From Yuukianura sp. NJ FZ-2021 (taxonomy: Eukaryota): DNA of 64,000 nt. The notes under the pieces were generated by a model, which was given only the letters and a program-made list of their open reading frames with translations, did not search any database and had not been told where the DNA came from. The position numbers and the translations under genes were made by a program. Each line of letters begins with the position of its first letter. Within the stretch, counting starts at the first letter, position 1. Where the stretch lies: the NCBI GenBank assembly GCA_046563655.1, contig CM102289.1:3844001-3908000 (forward strand), given 5' to 3'. This document shows, one piece after another, positions 14,001 to 27,688 of this stretch.

Positions 14001-17000
14001 ATTCGTGTACCTACCTTACCTTTAGCAATTCGCCTGTACGTGACGAACTGCAATTCCATGCCATTGAAACATTCAACGCTCGTATTTTTTCGTAGTCGGA
14101 AACTGATTCATCGTCCATTGTTACACAAAGGAAACAAAAAAAATATTTTCAACGTTTAACAAAAAACGAAAGCGAGGGAGAAGACATGACAGATTTGGGA
14201 AAGATTGAAATCGACAAAACAACTACAGAGTCAACTGGAGAAGGAGATGACCTTGACAAAGTTGCCAACCATTGTGCATTGTTTTTGTTAGTTACATTAC
14301 ATTCGAAATTGCAATAATTAAAGTTATTTTTTGAAAAAAAAAACATGAAACAAACGTGGAAGAGGAAAAGAGTTTGAAGGGTGTGCAAATCATGACAAAA
14401 AAGTTATTCCATTTAAGAAATTAAACGTTTATGCTGAGACGCGCCGACTCCATTGTCCATACAATAAGGTCTGGATGGATTCCGTTATTATGACATTTCA
14501 AAAACTGAATAATCTTAACCACAAATGTCATCCGACTTATGTTATTGGCTGCAATAGTGATTGTTCGTGAAAGTGCCCAATTGCCATATCAGTATTTGAA
14601 TAAAAATTGAGAAACTATTTTGAATTTTTGAACCACCCGACACCTTTCACTGTGGAAAATAATACAAATTGTCGCTTCTAAATATTGCACACCTATGTTT
14701 TTCTACAGCATTGTTTGATTTAGGACAATTCGGATTTACTTAGCTACCTTTAGACATTTAGCTTCCATAGTAGGTTTAGAACTATAAAAATGTGAAGCAA
14801 AACGAAGTAATATAAAATAAAATAGAACAAAACAGAAACGTAGCCGTGAATTGGCATGCAACAGACAAAACGGCCAAAGGACCGGTAGGACCATAGAAGG
14901 AGAAAATTGTGTAACCAGTTTGTCTGTCGCTTTGATGTGTCATTGTCAATGTGCCCTTGAAAATTTTCTTGAGCTGAAGGTGGAATGAAATTAGGCATAG
15001 GTAGGTAGTTTTCTAGCTAAAAATTATATGTGCAGTCTGTTTCAAAGTCTTTACTGACAAAGAGCGGTAATCCATAAATAATACAAGGGTGAAATTTCCT
15101 AAAAATAGTGTTTGTGCTATTGCCTGCCTGTTTGAACTCAAATTTCACCTGTTGCAGTTGCAATAAAAGACAATGGTCAGAGACACTTTTTCAGTTCGGA
15201 ATGCTTTGTTCAAAAATTTTTCGGCTTCAATGGGCGGAATTCCTAAGTTTTCTTTTTATTTTGAAACTCAACTCACAAAAGTGAATGGCACTAACAGAAA
15301 ATATGAATGAGCAAGGTCAGGTTCCCTTGAAAATTAATTTCTTCCCCAGAAAAAAGGAAATTCTTCACACTCACTTTTCTGCAAGTGTCAAAGTTTTCTT
15401 GTAGTCGTACTTAAATTTTATGACAGCAATTAGCCTCTCTCTAAAGCACCCCGCAGTAGTAAGGAATCTTCCCTCCCTACAAAAATCTGTACATGTAATA
15501 ATCCTCCATTCCTTAGAGAGGTTCAGAGTAAGAATTACATTTCTAAATCTTAACTGTAAGAAATTAGGTAAAGATGAACTATCTCTGCATTTGGCAGTTC
15601 TGTTAATGTAAATAAAGTGAACATTTAGTAAAGTGTAGTTTTTTAATTTAAATTTTTGGCGATTTTAACATGTTTTTCGTGATGCTTTTACGCATACGGT
15701 TTCAGCAATTTGAAAATATTTGGAAATGATTAAAATCAGAGAGTCGTGCCTGCTCGTACTAGAAAAATATTTTTTTAACAATATAAAATGTGAAAAACCA
15801 AAATAAAACGAATAATTTTGAAACCAACTTCCTCAAATTATAAATAAAATTACTTTGGGATGATTATTTGTTACAACTTAGCGGAGAGTTGAGTTTGCAA
15901 GTTGCAAACCTTATTTTAGTTCTGTTTAAAACGCAAATATTATTATTATTAAATACGTTAGTCTGTGAAAACTAAAATGGGGGGAGGAAGACATGCTCTG
16001 AAAGTTGTAGTTCCCACCGTCTAGCTCTTCAAGGTCCGATGCTTCTCATATTAATAAACAAACGGAAATAGACCTAAGTAAAAATCCACTCAATTTATAG
16101 TACTCTCGTAATAAAATATTACAGAGCCAATTTCTAAAGCCACTTTGGTTGCATAACTTTGCCACCCAACCGTCAAGGGAACAAACGTGTTGTTGGCTTC
16201 AATTCCTAATTTCAACTACTACCTAACCCTACGAGTCAACATACGCTTTGAAAGCCATTCAGTGGAAACTGCAGCACAAACAAAAGTTCCCAAATGTTTT
16301 ACTTCGTCAGAGTTATCGCCACCATCTCACAGCTACCGGAAGTTGCATTCATTGTGTACTTCAAACACAAAACAGGTTCGGTTCATTAGATCATCTTGGA
16401 ACAAAAAATTAGTGGAAATGGAATGGAAGGTCTCAGGGATGGAAAAAAATAAAAAGCAGTGGAGGGAGTAACTATTACATTAAGGCCATAGCCGAAGACT
16501 TACAAACCTAATCTTAACTTATTCAAGGCATCCTATCTCATTTAGGGTATGTATTAAATTTTTTTCAAAAAACTAATTTTCAAAACCGAAATTATTAAGT
16601 TACTCCCTTCTCTCGTCATTCTACAGTTTTTTTTTTCATTACGGGAAATGTGTTTCGATATCCACTACACGCATTAACAGAAGCGAAAATTTAAAAAAAA
16701 ATCATTTTAATGAAATAATTTTTATGAAATGAAAAATTAAATGAGTGTGGCGGTTCATTGCAGCACCTACGGCCTCGTACTACTTCGGACCTTCAGCAGA
16801 CAGTTCCGACTGATTGAACCTGAACAAGCAATGGAGGTGTATAGAACAAGGACTGACTTAATCAACATAAGTCCAAATTGAGACTATGGTTACATAACAT
16901 ATCCTAAAATAGGCAGTGAAACAAGTCCATGGCTTAATGATTTGACGACTGAATGAGCAGATTTACGGGACATTCAGCACGTCCTAGCCGCCATTTGACT

Positions 17001-19290
17001 GCCGCCGGGACCTTCCACTAAATCATCCAGCGATGAGCCATAGATGGACGAGATCCCACCACTCAATATACCCCCACGCCCTTTCTACTTCGCTGGACAC
17101 GTTTCTATTTTAAACTTTTACCAGCAATCCGCCCATTCAACAACCTCCGAAACTAAGGAACGTAAATCCGGTTGTCAGTACTTAAAACCCCCTTTGGACT
17201 TGTACTTTCGGGCCTTGAAATTAAAAAAAAAAGTTGTTTTAAACAACTTGGCAAGCATTAACACACCTGGAAATAACATTTTCTCCGAAGTTTTCCTTTA
17301 CGCTCTCTTAACATTTGTATTTTACTTGTTCAAAGTAAATGTAATTTAAGTCAAATGAAAATAAGACACTACAGGGTTTTCATGGGAGTAAATGTGTTAG
17401 AACTTCAAGTTTTTTTCAGAACACTTTCAATTTTGAAGTGAAGAAAGCGTCTTTCCTGTGTTTTCGCCCGACTCATCTACTCACTTTTGCTTCAATTTCA
17501 ATGATTAATTGCAAGAGAAACCAAAAAAAAAAATCACGAGGAATTTCATCAAAAAATGCGTCGGAAGAGTACAATGCCAGCGGAATTTGCTTTGTAATTT
17601 CAAGGGAGAATAAAATTGATTCTGTGTGCTATTGCTTTAGCATGTAGAGGCAATGAACTTGAGAACCATTTGTATTTACACCAACAAAAATATTCACACA
17701 ATTCAAAAACATAGTCATCAGAGTCATTTTGCATTTCCCAGAAAGGAAGCGACAGACTCGCACTGCATGTGAATTTTCCACGCTGTGAAAATGAAAAATA
17801 ACATTCGTAAAAGGGTGGCGCCAAAGCAGCTGCCAGTGCTGCCATAAAGTATTGGCAGTAAAGTATTTTCAAATGGTTCAACTTGGCCAAAAGTTTTTAA
17901 CAAAGTCAAAGTATTAAATGAATTTGGTTAAATTCAATTTTAATTCAATTTGAACTCTTCTCCTATCGTACAACTAAGAAAAAAACTAGTTTCACTGGTA
18001 ATTTCTTTGGCATTATCATCAGTTGACGAAAAAACCAGAAGAATTTGTAAGCATGACAAAAAATAACAGAAGGAACGAAAATGTTTCAGACGCTCCTCGC
18101 TTTTGCTTTTTGTTGAACACTGAAAGTTTGCCAGCTCATCTTTTCCAGTAGCTTTGGAATGCAATTTTATGCAGCGTCATTCTTTTCCACATCCGGATGA
18201 ATCTTAACATATTTTAACGAATTGGTTAAAGAAAGCTCAGCAGCAGCATAAAATAGTTCAAATCATTATTTCTACTTTCCATTTCTTCAACAAAAGTACA
18301 TCTTCCCAAGAGTTGTTCAATTTAAAAATCTGTTTGCCATTACTTCGTCGTTTGAAAGGTCAGCACAAGCTATGCTATGCCTGTCTAAAACCTAACTTTT
18401 TGTATTCCAAATTTGTGATTTATGGGCTTTTTGACAGACCAGGCCAAATCATGATTCTGAATCTTGACACTAAATGTGCAGAATGTTGCAGGTCAAACGA
18501 CAAACTGTCAAGGCGAAACGAAACATTTCAGAATAGAATTAGTTCCAATACAGCAACTGTCATGTCATCATATTCTCTTTACCAATTTGGTCAATTTCAC
18601 TTCCTGGATCTCTTCAAACGTCTCGTAAGATTGTTCACATCTACGTAGTATGGTGAAGTTAACATACTTTGCCCACTATAGTTTTCAGTTTGACAGAAAA
18701 TTATTTTCGATTTTGCGCAAGCATTCGAATAGAGTGAAAATCAAAAATTATAAATCCCATAAAATTTTAAATTAATTCCTTTCCGTAACAAGCTCGCTGG
18801 GTGAACATTAAACTGTTAGATGTTGAAAGAGTTAAAAGCATTAATCGATGACAGGTTGAGGTTATCCTTTTTTGAACAGTTCAATGCATAAAACTCACTC
18901 CTTGTTCAACTAGTGGCAACTTGCCAATCTGACCTCCTCACACCTCACACTTGAGGAAAGAATTTAAAAAATTACAAAATGAATTCCAAATTATGCCATG
19001 ACATAGGGCAATTGGTGCCATCAGGACAAATGAAGTAAGAAATGGTCGTGTGTTTGATGTGCTTCCTTCTACTTCTGCTTTAGTTTACACCCAAAAAGTA
19101 ATGACGATTATCATTTTCATTAGACAAGTATTTCATTAGAAGTTAGTTTATCCCCCAAAAGCCATGGGAATGAAGAACCAAGCCCAATTTTGACAAAAAA
19201 AAACTCATTGTCGCATCTTCAATAAATATCAGTAAAACCTGTTTTCTGTTATTACCTAAGGTGAAAAAAAAAAACATTAGGTAGACTGAC

Positions 19291-19408
19291 CTGCATTCGC
19301 CATTGAATCCAACAGGGACTCCAGATCAGGACTGATGCTGCGCTCATCGTCGCCAGAGAAGCCATAGTCTAGTGCCAAAAATATCACTAGAACCAAGTTG
19401 GAAATTAT
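19291..19408 (-). CDS. spir: Spire exon 3 (KIND domain)
   Basis: Translates IISNLVLVIFLALDYGFSGDDERSISPDLESLLDSMANA, the ALDYG..ER..SPDLE KIND motif; AG/GT boundaries in frame. Confidence 0.9.
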
Positions 19409-21234
19409 CTGAAAACAAACAAAAAATCATGATTTTGATTGTTTTAAAACGGTAAAATAACACTGTGCTCTAATTTCTATGCCTCACATGTTAAGAATGA
19501 GCGAAATGTTTAATTGACATTTGACGCGAACCGCGTAACATTTCTGCAATGCAGGGCGAAGCTCGAGTTTTGGTTGTGAAAACATAATTTCTAAGAATTG
19601 GACTGTTACACGCACATTGCAAAATTTTGGCACCTTGAAAATGCAGTGGGTTTACCTTGTGCTTGGTATTGATTTTTTTCAAATGCGAAAACTCGATTGT
19701 AGCCAAAAATTTTGAGTAATGCTGTCCTATTCTTTCACTTTTTTTTTCTTTCCATCTTTCCCCACGACTAATTGGTGAAAATTTCTGTGCAAATTTTAAT
19801 TTTGATAAATGATGATTTAAAACAAAATGTTACATGAATTTCTTTAAAATGCCGGCAGACATGCTTGTGAAAAAATGAAAGTTTGGGGCGCCGTATTAAC
19901 TTTCATTGGTTTTATGTTTCACACAATAGAATTTTTAATTTTTAATTAGTTGATTGATTAGTTCTGTTTGGTATTCTATTCGCGTTCATTCGTTCCCGCA
20001 CTTGTGTGACATGAACCCTGATTGAATCGGACAAATTCGTTTCCAATCGTGTGACTTTTGACTTCTGATTCATCGACAGCAATCTGCTGGTGATTTGCAA
20101 AGGTAGGCGCTTTCGTGATCACTTTTTTTTTAATACTTTTAAGTAAGTACAATGTAGATGCGGGTAACTTTAAGTAAAAAATTCCTTATTATTACATCAA
20201 TCTAAAGCCATATAAATGGGTGAGGTCAGACTCAGTACGTGAGGTTCTCCTGCAAAGTAGCAACTTAAACAGTTAGCGTTATGTTAGAATTTCAAGAAAG
20301 GAGACTGATGGCGAAGACGACACCCTGGCTCATCACTTGCATGTTCTAACAGGATTTTCTGCACAATTTCTGAATATTAATCTACCTCTCACACTCCTGG
20401 CTAGAAAATTATGAAATTACATGTTATTCACGGGTAAGTTAATGCACTTGTCGTACTAGTCATTGTAAAAAAAATGCCGTAAGAACTCATGTTTTTATAC
20501 TTAATCCTTAGTCTCATCTTGTTCATTCCAACGGAGCATGTTCACGCTACACACAGTAAAATTAAGTAGCAAATCTCTGTGACTGAATTTAAAATTTGTG
20601 AAACTTTAAAGGCGGTGGTAGCAGTGTATTGACTCATCACCACGCAAACAGAAAATATCGATAAATTAGATTTATCACTTCCATTGAATTGGGTTATCGC
20701 TCTAAGCTCAAGGATTAGTATTCTCTTAAAAGACTAGCTGCAAGTGCAACCAACTAACAAAATTAGTAAGTGATGGACAATTCTCATGATGCAAAACATA
20801 TTTTAACACGTACAAATTGAACTATTAGGCGTAATTGCGTTTACATTTATTGGCACCTAAAATCAAATTGTAAAAAAAAGAAAGCATCTTTTAGACATAA
20901 GGTTGGGCCGGACAAAAAAAATTACTAAAATTTTGCATTAAAAAAGTGTGTAGATGACCTTCAAATTCGCGTTTGACCTCAGAGTTCGAGCGTAATGTTC
21001 AGGTCACGTCACCATACGGAAAAAAAATTTTTACGTACGTAGATTGAAGCAGTAACACTACTTTTCCTATGTTTTTTTTTGTTTTCTAGCAGGTAAAAAA
21101 TAAAATCTTTCATATCTTTGGCTTTTTATCATCGCTGAGAATGACGTTGTGAATAGTACAGGGCCCTTAGCTTCAATGAAACCAAAAGAAAGATTTGTTA
21201 TGCGCAAGACTGAACAGACTGAAGTAAAACTCAC

Positions 21235-21269
21235 CTTGGCTTCATCTGCACACTTGATTCTAGGGGGTC
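21235..21269 (-). CDS. spir: Spire exon 2 (35-nt micro-exon, GPPRIKCADEAK)
   Basis: tttgcAG acceptor and GTGAG donor; phase 1 to 0 links exons 1 and 3 in frame. Confidence 0.75.
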
Positions 21270-21445
21270 CTGCAAAACCAAAACAATCGATCATCAGCTG
21301 TATGTATCCTTAAATAGCGGTGCAGATTTGATGACATCAATGATGTCAGCATTTTTGTACGATCCCCACCGCATACCAAACTCAACATTACCAGGATAAT
21401 GAACTTTAGACTAACCTGACCTATGCTAAATGTAAACTTATTTAC

Positions 21446-21755
21446 CTTTGCCTGTACTCCTTAAATCAAGGAATGAATCCGAATGAAGCGTTCCATCTCT
21501 GTGAACTAACAATTGGTTAGCATCTGTCAACAAGCAACATCGATCTCTTAAATTTGTACTCAGAACTTCTTGTCCACACTTTGCAGATTGATAGCACAGG
21601 GCCCAGGCATGTTCTTCACTAATGGGAGTTTGAAACGAATGAATAATGTCTTCCAGCACAAGACATCCACGTGAGTCCAGTTCAGTTCTGCTGGGGGTGG
21701 GGCTGGGTTCACTGGATCGATTCCCGGAGGCTGTTCTGGACATTGTTCCAACCAT
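21446..21755 (-). CDS. spir: Spire actin nucleator, first coding exon (start of KIND domain)
   Basis: MVGTMSR...CLVLEDIIHSFQTPISEEHAWALCYQ matches the KIND domain start; GT donor at 21445-21444, phase 1. Confidence 0.9.
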
Positions 21756-23249
21756 GTGAAAAAACTGTTTTGGAAAACTAATGACGCTGAGTCATAACCA
21801 ACTTAACTCAATCACACGGAATAAGTTATTTAAATTTAAATATCATCACTACTCTCCAGTTTTTAAATTTTCAAATTAAATCCAAAATTGTTTCAAAACA
21901 GTCACAATAACTGAAATCTGGTTGAAATTTAAATGCGTTGATGCGTTAAGTGACCAAACTAGAAAGTGTGTGTTAATATTTTGAGAGATCACTCACAACT
22001 GACTGACTTAAGTTCCACTCACTTGTTTCATTCTTGCCTTGCAGCAAACATCTCCCCACTTGCGCCTCCCAAACCATCCCACTACTACTCCATTTCAAAA
22101 GCATTGAAAATGATACACGAAAATTTAACAACAGTCATTCATTGATTTATCCTTAACTTTCATAATGCAGTGCTCGTAAAGCAACTATAACAATGAAATA
22201 CTTTAGTTATGTTTAATTCTTTGAGATCTAGCTTTGTGCACGTTTTCATCGACCTCTAATCTCCGTAGCTTGTTAGCTGATATACTTAGATTGATTGACT
22301 GAGAAAACCCAAGTCAGTTTTTGATGCTATTGATGCTACACTTTGTTTAAACTTTTTACACCAACAACATTTCTGAGTTAAAGGTTCAGAATAAAAATCA
22401 AAAAATATTTTCTAAATTAAATATAAGTGTGGTTTATGATGTGCAATTTTAACTTCATTGGACTTTCAACTGCTCTATAAGCCCAATATTTTATAATAAT
22501 GTTAAAGTTTTCCGAAATTTCGATAGCATGGGAAACCGCTAGCAGAAAGTACTGAACTTAAGGAATTTTGTATACAAAGGTGTCGCAGAAGTGTTTTACT
22601 AGTTTTTGCAATGACCATTTTGGAACGGGTATTTTACGCACTATTTAACCGTTCCTGAAGATAAAGTGCAGCTTAAAAAAATAAATTTTGAGCGAAAGTT
22701 AAAAACTAAAACTAAAAAAAAATGGGTGTGGGGTAAAAAAATGGATGTGGAGTTTGGCTTTTACATTAATCAACTGGAATTACAAAACCAAAAATGTTTG
22801 ACACTATGTTGATAGACACTAGTCTTTTTGTTAACGTTGTTAGCTCGAACCCGACACCAAATTAGTTTCAATTAATTTTCATTATCGATTCTTCTAGAAA
22901 TATTGTAAAATCGGGTACCATTTCTAAACACATTCTTTGTGATAAAATGGGCCATTTGCGACCTAATTGGGGGTTGCGCGTATAATATGCAATCGGCAAA
23001 TGAAAAAAAAACGTTTTAAAAAAAACACCTGTTGTTCTTCTTAAATTTTGAAGATGTTTTTTAAACCCTGCTTTTTTGGCTAAATTCACTTCTGGTTTTA
23101 TCCATTTTATTCTGACCATTTAACTTTTAAGCAATTTGGTTTGCCCAACTCAGATGCTACGCCATTTTATGAACGCTCACTAAATTCATGTCGATTTTTT
23201 TAGAAGTATCTCAAGCTAGTTTCGTTTTGGATTTAAAATATAGCTGGGG

Positions 23250-23500
23250 CTACACTGGTGGCATCGGTTGAATACATGGCTGCATCTCTGGATTTGGACG
23301 ATAGATGGCATGATGCTCTTTGGCATGGAATTCACAATAGACTGTAAGGCGTGATCCATCGGCAGCCAAAATGCAGACAACATTTGTAGCCACCACAACA
23401 ACAGTTATTGGTGAACGGAACAGTCGGTTTTGTATTGGATGAGGGATGGCAATGTATCGATCCAAGGAAATGATCATCAAATTTCTAGTCGACTGAAGGA
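23250..23500 (-). pseudogene. Class A GPCR fragment (TM3 DRY to TM4 region)
   Basis: ILQSTRNLMIISLDRYIAIPHPIQNRLFRSP resembles the TM3-ICL2 of the neighbouring receptor ([15 protein letters not shown]); no other TM exons recognisable. Confidence 0.6.
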
Positions 23501-24325
23501 TAGTCATTGGCTGACATGAAAACCCTAAGTTCAAGCACTAAAGGCATAATGAATTAAAAAGTAATCGAGAACAGCTTACTTTTAAACTGCCAAAAATCAA
23601 CGAAGAAAAATACCACAAGCTGCCAAAAATTGTCAAGTTTGACAATTTATTTGAAAAACCTAGAATCACGCATAGAATAAATTTGAAACAACTGTTGCTT
23701 GGTTTCTGAGATCTCTTTTTTGAAAAAAATATAAGCTTGGGCAGAGGAAAAGTTTTTTTTTGAAATTAGTGAAATATGTTCTATCAAAAAATGAAGCCAC
23801 AATCCAGAAGCTCTGAGGATTAAAGAATCGTAAGAATTTCTTTGTTTACAAAAACTCAACTTCTACTAAGAATCTGTGTAGTTGTAGAAGATTTTGCCAA
23901 TAATGTAAACACTCGAGCAGTTGAGGCGTGTTTAGTGCCAAAGTCAAACGGGATGTCAGACCACACAAGATTGGTGATCAATTGGTGCTGCTAACCTTGT
24001 GAAACAGATATCCAGTGCCAAATTCATAGTGGCTCACTTAAGTTATAATGGTCGTGTTTCGCCCTGGTTACTTTGTACATTAGAAGCCGTTTTGTCGAGC
24101 AAAGCTTGTAACACTTTGGTTATCGTCGTCTTTTTGTTTTTACGTTGACATTTTGCCAAGTTACAATTCTCGGAGCTCTAAATTTGCCAATTTTATTGAT
24201 CATTTAGAAGTTAATCGATTGGCGCGTAACCGCAATACAGGCTCAACTTTTTTTTCAACTATACATATTGTATTACTTCTATCAGACTCGAACTTTTATG
24301 ACATAATAAGTCTAACTTATGAGTC

Positions 24326-25858
24326 ATGGAAGAGTGTGAAAGTGGAATTAGTTGGCTGATTCCGAAAGTTATTCTAGTTTTTGTAACTGTTGCGGGTAAC
24401 TTGCTTGTGATTGTTTCTGTTCTTGTGGTGAAAGTTCTTCGAAAGCCCAAAAATTACTTGATACTTTCTCTGGCGGTTGCTGACCTTTTAGTTGGACTTT
24501 TTGTTTTGCCGTTCAAAATAACTTTTACTCAAGGTTGTTATGATTGGAAGCCAGGAAGTTTCGTTTGCCGTGCGTGGATGTCATGTATGGTTAACAAGCA
24601 ATCAATAAATTCTTAAACCTTGAATAATATTTTATTTAACAAAAAGTCAGTTGAAACTGGCTTAAATATATTTGTTCTGTTAAAGTTGTCGTTTTCTTTG
24701 TCACCGCATCCATAATGGGACTCACTGTCATCTCGATTGATCGTTACCTAGCAATTGCACATTCACTCTTTTATAAAGTAAACGCAACCCCTCGTAAAAT
24801 ATACATAACTATTGCTGGCAGTTGGGTTTTCTCGCTGGGCGTGACCTTCCCACACTGGGGACTTGTAGACCGCTATACAGAAGCGGATTTGCTGAAAGGA
24901 AGTTTACATTTTTCAATATGTATCAACTATCAACCCCCATGGTAAGCAAATTCTAAGATCACAATAAAAGTAGTTTTATAAAATTGTGGTTTCAGAAATG
25001 AACTTTTCAATTTTCTTTTTACGTTTTGCGCATATTGTAAAGCATTTTGACTTAACACCCGGAGCTTCTAATTCATAGATAATGGTTTTATGATCACACT
25101 GAAGTCTGTCGATTAAAATTTTGGCTTATTTTAGGCATCAAATTTTTGGCTTTCTGTTTGGATTTTTTCTGCCATTGTCGATTATGATCTTTGTTTACGG
25201 AACTATCTGGAAAATCTTGGCAACTCAAAAACCGAGACTATCAACACACAACGAGAGCATTTGTCGTCATCATTTGTCCAGTAGTGCCCCTTCAGCTCCA
25301 TGCGTCAGTAAGAAACAGTTCAACCAATTTAAAAGTTCTACGAGTATCAGGGTTTTCTCATAAAAACAGAATTTTCAATTCTTTAAAGAATTTTTTTAAA
25401 AACAGTTTGCAGATTTCTGCGAAAAAGGAAAGGTTGTATCATGCTAGGGACGGTGACAGGAGTCTTTGTCGTATGCTGGCTTCCATTCTTTTCCACCTCT
25501 CTCGCAGACGCTATTTTTAAACTCAGCGGTAATTATTTTTAAACTCTTATTGATAAACTTATCTTTACTTTAAACTACAACAAATATGTACGTATAAATC
25601 ATTTTACTAAATAGATTTTTTGCTTTCACAGGAGAGAAAATGCAAATTCCCAAAGACGCTCATAATGTGCTAGTTTGGATGGGCTACCTCAACTCCTGTG
25701 CCAACCCATTCATCTATACAATGTTTAATCGTAACTTCCGTTTCGCCTTTAAGGAATTGATATGCCTTAGATGCAGTTCACTCAATTCGAAAATTCGAAA
25801 TAATACTTACACGAAGCAGGTCGGTAGTTCGGGAACCGACCCTTGTATTGCCGCTTAA
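24326..25858 (+). CDS. Rhodopsin-family aminergic-like GPCR, most like the 5-HT7 type
   Basis: Exons 24326-24584, 24686-24941, 25135-~25308, ~25406-25528, 25632-25858 (ICL3 junction uncertain); GN (TM1), LAVADL, DRY, FFLP, CWLPFF and NPFIY motifs; tail [17 protein letters not shown] resembles insect 5-HT7 tails. Confidence 0.85.
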
Positions 25859-26229
25859 ACAAATCTTGGATTTGCATTAAAATTGGCAAGAGTATGGCTA
25901 CATATAGATTCACAAATCAAAGTCAGGGCATATAACATCAAGTAATTTAAAGAAAACCGCAAAGTACTTGTATTTGTTTTGTTTGACTAATAATTGCAGT
26001 TGTCAATTTGAGTTTTGATGGGAACTAACATTTCGATTTTACTGAAAATTTTAAACCTTTAGAAATTTGAGGGAGAAAGAGTGACCGCACAGCTTCCGTT
26101 AATTAAAAATTCTTCGCACTACGTTAAATTAACAATTAAGGAAAAGTATTAAAGCAGCAGTTTTGCACAGTTTGATTGGTATAGATTTTTCTTCAACAAA
26201 TCTGAAATCACGGCTTTACAAGTTTCGAA

Positions 26230-26829
26230 ATGAACAAAGTTCTCCTTCTGTTGCAATTTCTTGCTCTTTTTGGGCTGGTTTGGGGAAACTCTGTTTTCAA
26301 TGAGTATCTTGCGGCTACGCAGCGTTATGAGGCAAAGGGGACGCTCAACGAAGGTGCTACCTGCAACTACACAGATGAAAAGCGACACTATGCTCTTGAG
26401 CTAAACTTACATACCAAGACGTCGCAGATGACAAGCGTCGGTGATCTGTTGACGGCAGCGCGGTCCTTAGACGCCTTTACCAATTCGGTGCCAGCGATTT
26501 GCAACCAAAGCAAACTCCTGCGGTGCAACAAGGACACCAGAACATGCAACTGTTTTCAGGAAATACCCGCTGTTCCTTTAAACGCCACCACCACGATGGT
26601 CAACGGTCAGTGCAAACTTACTGAAGGGTCAACCTGCATTCCAACGGAAGAAGCGGACGACTGCCAACCTGGAACTAGTTGCAAAATTGCTGCTGACCGA
26701 TCACCATGTACGACGACCAGTGTCGCCGTTGCGCTCATTGTTGCACATAAATATCCGGCCTTTGACAGTGTCACGCTCTTTCGCGTCAGTTACAATGAGC
26801 TGATTGGCGGAATTTGCAAGTGCCTTTAG
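26230..26829 (+). CDS. Secreted 12-Cys protein of unknown family, copy 1 (199 aa, intronless)
   Basis: Signal peptide MNKVLLLLQFLALFGLVWG, 12 Cys, N-glycosylation sequons, AATAAA downstream; ORF conserved in the duplicate. Confidence 0.85.
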   Translation: MNKVLLLLQFLALFGLVWGNSVFNEYLAATQRYEAKGTLNEGATCNYTDEKRHYALELNLHTKTSQMTSVGDLLTAARSLDAFTNSVPAICNQSKLLRCNKDTRTCNCFQEIPAVPLNATTTMVNGQCKLTEGSTCIPTEEADDCQPGTSCKIAADRSPCTTTSVAVALIVAHKYPAFDSVTLFRVSYNELIGGICKCL

Positions 26830-27688
26830 CAACAAAATGGGATTTCTGGAAACAAATAAAAAAATACTGCAGAATAAAAACTTATTTTAATTGCTCTTTA
26901 ATCTATATTTAACATATTATGCTTAATTCCAAATTCTTCTTGAACACATCTAATTTGTACTGAAAAGATTTAGTTGAATTTAAAATTAATTATAATAGAA
27001 ACCACATACCGGAGAAGATAATTTCTGTGTTCAACTTGAAATAAACACTTACTTAAAACTATCTCAGTGTAAAAAAAGTCTTTTTTTTTCTCCGCAAGGA
27101 AAGAAATTATTCGTGTGGGAAGAAGAAAGCAAATCTTAAATTTCAAAACTACAAGCGGCGTACATTGATTTACTGTATTAAAGTGAGTGGTAATTTAGAA
27201 ATGACGATACTTTTTTAAATCTGCAAAAAAAAGTGCTCACTATTTTCTTCTTGTTTTATTGTTTAAAATTTTTTTGTCGGAGTTAACCGACGCTTGTATT
27301 CCCGCTTAAACACAAGTCTTTGGATTTGAATTAAAATTGGCACGAGTATGGGCTGCATATATGTTCACAAATCAAAGTAATTGCATATAACATCAAGTAA
27401 TTTAAAGAAAACCGCGAAGTACTTGTATTTATTTTGTTTGACTAATAATTTCAGTTGTCAATTTGAGTTTTGAAGATGGCAATTAACATTTCGATTTTAC
27501 TGAATACTTTCAACCTCTAGAAATTTAAGTGAGAAAGAGTGACCGCACAGCTTCCGTTAATTAAAAATTCTTCGCATCACGTTAAATTAACAATTAAGAA
27601 AAAGTATTAAAGCAGCTATTTTGCACAGTTTGATTGGTACTGATTTTTTCTTCGACAAATTTTAAATTACGGTTTTGCAAGTATCGAA

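Noticed and set aside
16745..17100. GC-richer patch in a spire intron, possible transposon remnant
   Set aside because: No recognisable ORF, terminal repeat or TSD found by eye
815..19706. Numerous 60-126 aa ORFs in spire introns
   Set aside because: No domains and many non-ATG starts; expected by chance in AT-rich intronic DNA
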